This document shows, piece after piece, positions 1 through 11,550 of a stretch of DNA of 64,000 bases. The position numbers and the translations under genes were made by a program. Within the stretch, counting starts at the first letter, position 1. Every line of letters starts with the position of its first letter. Source of the stretch: Chrysomallon squamiferum (lineage: Eukaryota; Animalia; Mollusca); the NCBI GenBank assembly GCA_012295275.1, contig CM022673.1, positions 310,001-374,000 on the forward strand. The letters run 5' to 3'. The notes under the pieces are model-generated. The model did not search any database. It worked only from the letters and a program-made list of their open reading frames with translations, and was not told the DNA's origin.

Positions 1-293
1 AAAATTGAAACAATAGAATAAAACAAATCTGTCTGTAAAACAGCTGTAAACAAAAGATCATGCATTTTAAGTTTTTGACATTGAATATTTTTGTTAATAA
101 ACATCAGATTAATAATGCAATGTACTTATAATCAATTAAACAAGGTTTACTATTGAGAATACTGAAGGATCAAGTTCACCCCAATAATCATGAAAAAAAC
201 GGAAGATGGTCTTACAGCATGAACAAATTATTAAAGATGTCACAGCATATTTTAAATTTAACAGTTACTAGGTGTCAAAAATAAAGTTTTTAT

Positions 294-843
294 TTAATTT
301 ATATTTTCCAGCACTGACTTGAGAAGAAACAAGATTAATACAGATAAAATATCTTGAAAATATTCATTTTAATTTCTTAACTCAATACTGACATTTTTAG
401 TTAACTTAATTTTATTATTCACCTTTATACCAGTTTCATCTTGCAGGTAATATTTGCCATTTTCTGTCTTATGTAAACTCCACAAAAGCTGAATAATGCA
501 ATCATCTAAAAACTGCAACAAATATTACAATAAAGTAGTTTGAATAATAAATAATTTATTTGGGGGAAAAGCTCTTTTAAAACACAATAAGAAAACAGAC
601 ACAAAGAAAAATCCCAACAAACCAAGAAAGTAAAAATCACAAAAACATAAACAAAAAAAAAAAAACCCAAAACAACCTCACAACCCCATGAAACAAACAT
701 TTGCAATGTTTTATTCTTCTAAGTAAAGAAAAAAAAAATCTTCATATTCTTTTATTAGTTATTTTTTATTGTCATATGTCACAATATCCAAAAACAATAA
801 AACAATAATACAAAGTATATTTAGGCCACTGGTATTTTAAAAT

Positions 844-884
<41 letters not shown>

Positions 885-3800
885 CTATTTTCATTAATTA
901 TCTAAAATTTCTTTTTTTCCCTTTGAAAACAATTAATAACATAGAATTGAATTTTATATTGTGTTCTTTAATAAAGAAAGTACAATAATCTACCTCACAT
1001 TTGCTTAGAACTTCCATAAAAACATCAGGAATATCATCTGTCATAAATGGCTGCAATGAAAAGGGAAGAAATAAAGAAATACTTGACTTTAACCATTTAC
1101 TACATAATTTACACAGTATTTTAAATCTGATTACAAATGAATGAATGCTTTAAAAATATATTTCAATAGTTTTTGCATTTCCTAATGTAATGATGATGTC
1201 AGAAAAAAAAAAAAATAATAAAAAAAATAAGCAACACACCTAATTGCATGGAAAACATTATTGCAATTAACTTATTGTTTCCAAATGCAAGTTATTTGAA
1301 AGTGGCAGAGATATCACAATTTTTTTTTTTTTTTTTTTTGTTTCTCAATGTACACTACATTTATTTCTGTTAATGTTTCAACATGGTATAATAACCCATA
1401 ATTCATGATCCTGAATTACCAGATATGGATTAAGTCAAGTCAAGTTGAAACACTATGGCAATTAACATCCAAGTTTTCTGTCATTTACATTATTAGTATC
1501 CAGTTGTAAAAATAATTGCAATCAGTTTTTACCTTTATAAGATTTTCATGTAGTGGAACATAAACTGCCAAAACATTTATTAGATTTGCAGCACACATCA
1601 TGGCTGTCTCTTGTTTATTTGAAGAATTTACATGCTTGAGCCACCAAACAGCTTTCTCTGTATTTAGAAAAAGGGTATATTATTTGGCAGTTTGATTTCG
1701 AATAAGTGTGTTATTACTAATATCTAATTTAAACTTTATTTGTGAAAAATTACACTTAATTTTACTTTTCAATATTATTAAAATTTTAAATGTTTTTTCT
1801 TCTTTTTTTCAATTTTTTTTACACACTGAAATTTGTCTTTCAGTTGATCTCTCTCTCTATATATAAAGAAAAGATATACAAAATTAATAATAATAATAAT
1901 TAAAAAAAACAACAACAGATAAACAAACAAATAAATTAAAATATCCATAATTGCACATGTTCAATAAGGAGTTAGTAATCTTGTTGACTATTATATATTT
2001 ATACCAGAAAGTTTTTCTTCACACATAAGATTTGCTACGTTTTTCCGACTGCAGATATGATGATTGAAAACCTCTTTTAAAACAATACATATCTCTGCAT
2101 TAATACCCTCTGTCTCCTCGGTTATACACTGAGTATGTTGGTCTTTCAGTTTTGAAATCAATAGTCTAAGCTCCTTCAGAAGCGGTTCTTAAAAGAAAAT
2201 GAAAATCAGTAATTTAATAACAAATACTGAATGCAATGACATTAAAAGTACAATTTATTTTACACTTTATAGTAATGCAAATAATGGATTACCAAAAAAT
2301 TATACACATAAATCTATATAGTGGTTGTGACAGATAATATTTACTTACCTTGGGCCTGATGTGCTAACTGTGTCTTCAGACTGTCATCTCTAACCAAAGC
2401 TAATGGAATAACATATGTAACTGCACTGGCTGTTAAACTGGCTTCTTGATCAATAAGCATTTTGGCACTTTCCACATATCCATTGTCACAAGCATAATGT
2501 AATGGTGTTTTTTCACCTTTTCCTTTAACACTCAAAGAAAAACCTTCCTTTGCCATTGTTTTGAGAATTTCAGTTTTTCCATATTTTGCAGCAATACATA
2601 TGAGTGGTTCTTTAATTTTCATTGTTTTCTGCATTGTTTTCATTGTTTGTGGGGTAGAAACATAATCTACACCACACGGTGAATGTGAGTCAAACTTGCG
2701 GTTCAATTTCTTATACAGTAACAGAAATGCTTCCTTGTTCCCACTGATTGTTGCTCCATATAAGGCTTTAAGCAGCTCATTGTCCGTGAATGACTGATAG
2801 TGCAATGTTTTCTCACACAGTATTCCATTAGTATTCCATGATGCCCAGTAAAGAAATTCTTCACATTTCTTTGACTTGTCATTAATAAGTTTTGTCAAAC
2901 TTCCATGTTTAAGGAATGTCTTTGCTTTCATATGTTTAAATAGAAGATTAACAAAATCTGGCAGAGAACAAGCCTGATGGCTACATATGAGTGACAAATC
3001 AGTGCATTGTTCTCGGACTTCATTAGCAAATCGTACTGCCAGATATTGGTAATTTTCTTCTGCAATTTTAATCAGAAACCAGTTATCAGTATCTAGCATG
3101 TCTGCTTTATTAACAAGTCGCACACGCTGGTATATAAAATCAAGACTACAATACTGAAGAACAATTAATGGACTGTAACACCCAATGATATAAGCAATTG
3201 CATCAAAAATTGAAGGATGCCTTGCTGTTATAAAGGAACTGTTAGATACTAGCAAACCTGAACAAAGACAAGCTGCAGCATCTTCAATATCTTTGGGTCT
3301 AGCCATTCTAATGCCTACTTGGTTCAAAAACCTGTTCAGTTTTGATGGGAGTGCACAAATATCTGATTCTTTAATCGTACCATTTCCATGGATAAGCAAA
3401 TAAAAAACTGCCCTATGATTTTTTTTTTCAATGAACATGTTTTCAATTATGCTTACCAAAAACTGCTGTGGATCTGAAAAAAAGTCAACTGGATGGGACT
3501 CAAAGTCACCACTTTTACTTGTGTCAACAAAGAGTCTGCAACATTCTGGAAATCCAATTAGTTTAGCTGTTTCATTTACAATACTCTTCTTGACTTTTTC
3601 GTCCATATCAATGTTATGGTAACGAAGATGACTTTGAAGAATTTCTAATCTTTCATTTTCTGACAGGTAGTGTTTTTGTGTGAGATCCAAAACACAATTT
3701 TTTGTCATAAAATATGATAGTGATTTTCTTATCCTAACATGAGCTTCTGTTAGTAAACAGCTTTTTGTTGTTATAATCAAATATAACCTTGTGTTTTCAA

Positions 3801-5335
3801 TAGCAATTTCACTTTGTTCTTCATATTTCCAATGGGCTATAAATTTATCTATAACAGTTTTTACTGAGTCAAGTGCAGCAGCATTAACAAGTGAAGACTT
3901 TCCAAAAAGGTCTTCACACAATATTACAGTTTTTTCTTCTGGGTTCCAGAATTCAAGGTCGCGAATTTCTCTCATAATCACTGGGTGGTAATCTTTTTGC
4001 ATCAGAGTCAGAACTATCTGTCGACTCATCAATGTTTTGCCTTCACCTGGACCACCACTTATAAATAAACATCCATGCTGAAATATAAGTTTCTTCGCCT
4101 TGGAATAAGCACCAGTTTCAACAAACAGATCTGCATCTAGTTTTAATTCTTGAATTGTTTGCACTAAAATAAAATGTATTAAAGTAGTTTTAATAACATT
4201 TGCTAATATTATAGGCATAAATTTTTTTAAAATAGAGAAGTCTTTCTCCATAAATAAAGATTTATATTTTAACAATTAAAAACAAGAACGTTAAGTATCT
4301 GGCATTTTATGTAAGGTACAGCCTAATTCTAAACTTTGTAAATATGCTGTACACATTCTGAGCACATATTTTAAATTTTTTTTTTTTAAATAATTGTTAT
4401 GATGAATTTATTTTGTCTAACAGTAATACTTTTTTTTTTTTTTTTTAAATTCTTGTTATAATTTTTTTTTACCATAACAGCATATATAAAAATAACATAC
4501 AAACCTTCTATGTTTCTGGCTTTAAATTCAGTTACATTTTCTGAATTTTCGGATGTATCAGCTGGCAAATAATCAGAATCTAGAATAATATTCACAATAC
4601 ATTAAACTATTTGGGAACATAAAATAAAATATATATGAAACAAGGCCAAATTTATAATAAGAAATCTTTTAGCAACAAATTATAAATTATATACAAATGC
4701 ATAAAAAAAACAAATTAGTTGCACTTGATAACTGGTATATTCTTTTGCCCTTAAGTGTAGTTAAATAAACATTCATTGCGATATATCAGTATATTCTTGA
4801 ATTAAAAGCTCATTCATGTTTATTAACATCTAAAAATTCAAATTTTTTTTACTTTAATTATTTTTAAAATACATATATACCATTCAACATATACAAAAAC
4901 AAAAATAAAAATAAACTAGCTATGGTTATGTTAGATATTAGAGATACTTACCAGAAAGGAAACAGTGTTCTGTATCAACAGGTGTATTGATTATTTTTTC
5001 AACTGCATTTAAATATCGCCGTTGTCTGAGACCTTTTATCAGAACTTCAAAGCCAAAATTCTTTCTCTGAACTATTTTTCTTAAAAGAATACGCATTCTT
5101 GTTTTGTTGGTGTTTGGATTTGTGCTTCTTATTTCATCAACATCATCCCAGGTTAAAGCTCCTTCTTGATACACGAAATCAATGATGTCATTAGCGTTTA
5201 TTTCGTCTAGCAAATATAAATGACATTTTCGCAGCTTTTCTTGATTTTCTGCCCACTGCTGCTCATTGGATGGTTCTTTGGGTCTAGTTTTTGGTTGTAC
5301 ATACACTGCTTGTCTACAACCAGGAATGTTGTTAT
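294..5335 (-). CDS. NLR-like STAND NTPase: CARD (death fold) + nSTAND3-like P-loop NTPase + ankyrin repeats + ARM-like C-terminus; 5' end unresolved
   Basis: Phase-compatible GT-AG exons at 5335-4952 (CARD-like KLRKCHLYLLDEINANDIIDFVYQEGALTWDDVDEI...MRILLRKI...GFEVLIKGL), 4579-4505, 4163-2349, 2187-2005, 1657-1533, 1050-999, 505-423 and a tentative last exon 317-294. The large exon carries FVETGAY, Walker A GGPGEGKT, Walker B VILCEDLFG and ankyrin motifs (LICIAAKYGKTEI, TPLHYACDNGYVESAKML). Family names are from motif recall, not an HMM search. Confidence 0.85.
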
Positions 5336-5578
5336 CTGAAAATAAATATTTTAATAATCATTTCTCAGTTTTGAGTTTTTGCAGGATAACATTACATTTA
5401 TAAAAATAATTGTTTTACAAATGAATTTACCCTTTCAGATTTAACTTAAATGGTCTGGTCTATGATGCTGTATTAAAATATATAAATCAGTAAAAACAAC
5501 AACAAAAAAACAACGAATTTTTCAGTTTTACACAGTAGATAATTCAGTAAATTTAGAATAATCATTATAATGGCTTAC

Positions 5579-5851
5579 CCTGTCAGGAACGCGCATTCCA
5601 AGCATGACCTTTGATAAGCCAATTGTGGGAGTCAACGGCAATACGTCAGCAGTTCCAAGATTATTATTATTATCATTACTGAAATTTTTTGGAACGACCT
5701 CCCCCACCCACAACTAATCAAAAGAGAAAAAAATTTGTATCTAACAAAAGGAATATATAATGACATGCATAATAACGTTCTATAACATTTACAGCGTTCG
5801 TTGACAAATTATAATTACAGGCTCCTTGCTACATTTTGTCTTTTCTGCCAT
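5579..5851 (-). CDS. Candidate 5' coding exons of the STAND gene (MAEKTKCSKEP | LWVGEVVPKNF...)
   Basis: ATG at 5851 with a GT donor after 5819; acceptor ttttgattag before 5713; strong AGG|gtaagc donor after 5579. That donor is phase 0, whereas the CARD exon needs phase 1. An internal donor (TTC A|gtaatg) would fit. Confidence 0.4.
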
Positions 5852-5904
5852 TCTCACTTTCTAACCTAATCTGGTAGCAACAGTAACCTTTTTCTATTTT
5901 TAGA

Positions 5905-5940
5905 AACGTCTGCTGCGTCAATTAGCTTTTTCGCGCCAAA
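5905..5940. promoter_or_regulatory. Putative proximal promoter of the STAND gene with an E2F-like site TTTCGCGC
   Basis: Local CpG cluster in very AT-rich DNA 55-90 bp upstream of ATG 5851; TTTTCGCGCCAAA at 5928-5940 matches the E2F consensus TTTSSCGC. Confidence 0.3.
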
Positions 5941-7375
5941 TCTAAAAATAAGGTAAAAAACGTAAAGAAACATTTAAGATTCAGATTAATATGTATGTAT
6001 GTATAACAAGTATGTATAACAACCGTATAACAAGTCTCACAGAAGGACAGATTTTGCCCACTTTTCTAAAATTTCAATACATCAGTATTTGCTAAAGACT
6101 GATTCTCATTGGTCAAAAGGTCTGGCAGTAGCAACAAATTATATTGAATAAAAAAAAAAAAAAACAACAAAAAAAGAAATTTTTTTTTTTGAGAAAGTCA
6201 TCTTTATTTTACACAAAGTTATATTCATTTTTCGATTTTCTCTTGGTTGAGCGTTGCATTTTTATTTTTTTTTTTTTTTTTTTAATTCTTTTACATGTTT
6301 ATAACTTGTCTTTTGTATTTAATATCACTGTCAGTTACAACAGTTCTATACAAGATACATGTCGTGTATGATGTACTAAGTAACTAAGGCATGTGGAGAT
6401 AATAGCAAAGCGCGGCGGCTATTTTGCCCTAATTGGCTGTACCACTTCAACCATATCACGCTTGAGGATGTGCACCGCTTGCTAGCTTTTCATCGCCTTT
6501 TATTATGTTATATCTGGGGATTTCACCATAACAACACAGGCGGAAAATCTATAAGCATTCTCGATTTTGAATATTTCGATTCGGTTGAGTTTTTCTGTAT
6601 CTACGATGATTTTGTGAAATATAAATTTTCAACACGCTTGAATCACTTAAGCTGGATATATGACATGAATGAAAAACAGTTGGACATTAAATTGTTTTTC
6701 ATCTTATTGTTTTTGAAATTCTATCAAGCAGCTGCACGTATGCTAATTGTTATTTTTACCATTTGAAACATGGTCAGTTCAGTTTCTTGTCTTGTCTTAT
6801 GTTTGAGAATGTAAACTTACTCTTCTTAAATTACATATAGTTAACATAAGGATGATGGAAAAAAATGTGACTAATGTTATAATGGTATTTTCCATCCACA
6901 GTTGTCTGGAGTCTCGATCTCTTCGGATTTTAAAATAATAAAAATTGCCGCCTCTTTCCAAATCAAACAAGTACATGCTACTGTATTCTCTGTTGATTTA
7001 ATTTTTACAGTTCATTCAACCAAATTTTGCATTCCTTTTCATAATTTCTTTTGATTTTTGATTTTCTTTTTGGTTTGTTGTTGATTTGTTTCTTTATTAT
7101 TTGATATTGCCCAGAATTTTTTTTTAAATGTAGCAGTTTTCGGTCAAAAACCGCAATTGTCTTCAATTGTGTTTAACTGATCGAAAATAATAACCAATTA
7201 CAGGCTTTGAAATTACTGCTACTTCCTTAATATTTAACACAACTAGTTGATCTTGATCTTAATATTAAACACATTTACTTGATCAGGGGTTTGAAAATGT
7301 TGTCCACATACCACGTATACTGATTTATTTGTCTTAAAAATGTATATTAATAAATACGACTACCATGCCAGTAAC

Positions 7376-8265
7376 CTTGTCTGTTGTTGACTTTGAGTAA
7401 ATGAGCTTCACTGTATTGTAAATGTTTTATACAACTAACGTACAAAGCTAGATCACTTCAAAAGGCATATAAAGAATTTTTAGGGCAAAAATAGTTTTTG
7501 TTTTTGTTTTTTTTTCTCACAAAAGTGAAATGCATGTCATTCTTATTCCTTTCTTTTATTAACGTAAATAATACCCCCCCCATAAAAAAATTATTTCATT
7601 TTTAGACATATTAAAATTAATTTTCCTTTATTTAGAAATATGATGGTATTGATTTCATCCATTATGTATTTAATTAATTAATTTTAAAATTTTAAAATTA
7701 ATAATAATAATAATAATGATATTATTATTATTATTATTTTTATTATTATTATTATTATTATCTTGGGCACTATTACTATTTATTTACTGGTTTATTATTA
7801 TTTTTTAAATTATATTTTTAATTTGTTATGAAAAAATAAATAAAAAGAAGAATTCGATTCTAAATTGATAAATTAGTAATCTACAAGATGAAGGTTGCAG
7901 AGTGGACTATTATATTTTTCTTCTTGTTTGTACGATTTTTATCCCCCAAGAAGTTTCAACATTTTTATTCCTCACCCCCATACGCACACACACGCATCCT
8001 CGTCACAAAAACACAAATTCGTGGAGAATATTTTTCTTACCGTACATGTGTAGTTCAGAATCACTACAAAAGAAAGAAAAAACAAAACAAATTGTTACAA
8101 CATCAATATTAATGTTTACAAATTGTTTCATACGTAATTATATGACTGTAAGCTAATTATTTTAATGTTGCATTGTTAACTTACATAATAAATTACTAAG
8201 TTGAGGATATATTAAAAATGATAAAACATTCGTTAATACCTCTCATTTTCTTCGCGGTCATCCAT
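7376..8265 (-). CDS. Candidate small spliced ORF (MDDREENESDSELHMYALYVSCIKHLQYSEAHLLKVNNRQ...), either a separate gene or an alternative 5' end of the STAND gene
   Basis: Three consecutive phase-compatible exons 8265-8240, 8063-8041 and 7447-7376 with canonical AG/GT. Further upstream exon-like segments with donors near 9361 and 10020. No homology recognised. Confidence 0.35.
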
Positions 8266-10500
8266 GTTGAAATTATCAGCTAATGATAATTAAACAGCAT
8301 TCGGTACATAATTTCATCCTGTAAAACGAAATAAAACAGTAGAATTTTTTTTTTTTTTTTTTTTTTTTTTATCTTTCAATTGTTCTTGTTGTCTTTCTCG
8401 TTCAGTTATGTGTGCTTTTCTGTACTCTATTTAAGAGTATAAACCCATGGAGTAGATTTCTTTTCCTGCATAATCATCATCATAGTAATATTTCGAATGA
8501 ACATTAATCCGAATTAAGGAGGATTAGGACTGCATGGCTAACAACTAACATTTATTAACGTACACATGTAGTAATACTGTTTCTTTTAATAATAAAATTT
8601 TGAAAAATACTGATGATTTCAAAAGTGCCTATAATATGATAATTACAAAGATATAAAAAGAAGGAAGATTTCGTTTTATTTTTGGGCAGATCTTATTTTA
8701 TTAATTAATTAATTTATTTATTTGTTTTCTTTTATATATATATATATTTGATTAATTAATACATTTGCAACAAAAGGAAGAAACGACTTCGAATATAATG
8801 TAATAATTATTATATGCAATCAAATATGTTAGTTTTACATAAATAGATGGATTTATTTATTTATTTATGATTTTTATTTATTTTTTATTTTTTAAATTAT
8901 TTTGTTTTATTTATTATGTTCGTGTTGTTTGTAAAAACAAAATAAAACTATAAAACATTAAATAAATAAATACTTTAAATCTTCTGTGTAATAAAAGCGA
9001 ATGAATGTATGTTTGCAAAATATTCTGACAAAAGTTCTGATATTCTGATATTATTCATGGATAATTTATGTCAATTTAATGCTTAACGTTTTTGGTTAAA
9101 TGATGTCATATTACGTCAAGAATTAACTAGAAACAGAATATAAATATTATATTTATATGTTTAACAACAATCCAAAATTAATGCTTCTTTTATGGTCAGA
9201 TCTATGGTGGATGTTCTGAGTATTAATCCCCATTTCGAACGTAATAACCAAAAATGTTTATCCTATTGCCTCTCATACTGAGGTAATAATTACATTTTAT
9301 ACCTTTTATTGTTTATCGCCAGTATATTAACACAGATAATTAAAGAAAGAAAAAATAAACCTGTACTTTTTACTATTCAGTTGAGCATATCTGGATCTGT
9401 AAAAGTTTATATTCATTATGTATAATAATATTACTGTTTCTGATAACGCAAATTGTAACCGGAAACCATTTTGTATCTTTTAACTGTCCATTTTTTCAAA
9501 ATCTTAAAATTTTATGAAACAAAAATCGTACAAAGAATATATTAAAAATACTTCATGTGTTTTGAACTTTTTTCTGAATACGAAATTGAAGTTTAATTAT
9601 TAGTGCCTTAGGTGATTCCCCTTTTTGCTACCCTTCCTGAATCCAACCAATGAAATGGCAGATTGATTTAAGTTAGAAATATATACTTTCCGGAGTGGGT
9701 GTTCGTGTTTTTAAACGACATAATGTTATTATTATTGTCATTCTGTTTATTTATTTATTTATTTATTTATTGATTGATTTTTTAAATAATGATTAATATG
9801 AAACATAAAAATAAATAAATACGAGCGTGATTTGCATAACTCATGCCACGATAAAATAACATACCCATATAATCACACTTCCTGGTTGCTTTGTATATAC
9901 ATTATTTTAACGAAACAAAACAGTGTACATCTATAATTATATGGATAACAGCTATAATTAAGAAATAAATATAATATCTGCTTAATAAAATTTTAAATTT
10001 TTAAACAAAACATTGTTACCTTTTTTTTTCAGGCTGCGTGTATTTCTCTTTCCAGTGTGCCTTACATAACTATAAATCCAGTAAAAACAAGTTGTTCCGC
10101 TCATATTTATTACGGATAACCAAAATCTACACGAAGAGCGAACTCTTCATATTTAAATATCGACTTCTGTAAGTGTCTTTTGATGTGCCATTTTCAAATA
10201 ATCTAGATAAACTGTCAACAAAAGAAAGAACATACTGGCTCTGCTGTTAACTACATTTCATAGCGAGGTGGGAGGAGCAATCGTAATTAAATGTTTGCAC
10301 ATACGTTTTGATTAGTCGAGTTTTCATGTTGTCTTTTATCAAAAATCTACTGGAAAAACTTTAATAAACCAATAATTATTGCAGGAATTATGACTCATGC
10401 ATTTTTATAAAATAAAATAAAATAAAACACAAAATAAATCATAAACGCACATTTATATTACACTCCACAAATATTTATTATTATTATTTTATTTTTTTTT

Positions 10501-10539
<39 letters not shown>

Positions 10540-11550
10540 TATTATTAATATAATAATAATTATTATTATTATTATTATATATTTGTTTGGAAACTAAATA
10601 CATCTTGAAATCTAGACCTATCGGAATGGTACCAACAGTTTGGTGGAAATTAAGGAAAAACAAACTATGAAGTAATGAGAACGGAAATAGAACATGCCAA
10701 CTGAGAAAATGGTTGATGTAAACAAAACATTATTTCATTCGACAAAGTATACCTAACATTCTCACTTTCTTGGTGTAACTGTAACATTAAATAATATTAC
10801 TGAATAATATATTTAACGGTTTTAATTTAATTTCAAATAAAAGTTATTAAGTTTATTTATGTTATTTTTAATACTGTAGATGTTGGTTAAATCCTGTTAT
10901 CGATGGATCTGGGATTTCGAATATTTATAATTTCTTTATAAAAATGTAAAAACCACTCTTGCTCTAGTTAGAAAATAATAACTATCATGAAAAAAAAAAT
11001 CTTGTAAAGAAATTGATATATTAATCTTCTTATGTATAGTAATGATATACTTCATTCGAATTACATTTTTACAATTTAGAAATAAATACAAGCAACTGAA
11101 AAGCAGCTTCCAGTCATGTATTTTTATTTACTGGAAGTTAAATTAATTCTCAATTTATCGTTACAATTTTTTACAGTTTTGGCATCCAGCATCTAAATTT
11201 ATGATATAATTATTTTCACGTTTAAAGTAATGTTTAGGTTCAGTTTTTGAAATAACGTGTAGAATAGTATTAGACAGAGCAGATATATCCTGGATCTAAA
11301 TTCAGATGATAGTAAGGCTGGAAATCATATACTCCATGTAACAGAAGTGAACCTACATACTACAAACTGTTGTCACTAAGTTGAAACTAAAGCAGAAATA
11401 GTTATCATTGTTTGAATTACTAATGTTAATGGAGATAAACATTCTTCAGGTTTACATCCAGTTATTTATTTATCTAATGAACAATTCAGAAAATGAAAGT
11501 TTTTTATTTTTCATTTATTAGTTTCAGATAATGTTTGGTGTTACTCTGAA

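Noticed and set aside
2341-4275. 644-aa ORF as a stand-alone, possibly bacterial, gene
   Set aside because: Its first 37 residues are intronic; it has an acceptor at 4163 and a donor at 2349 and joins flanking exons in phase, so it is a eukaryotic exon.
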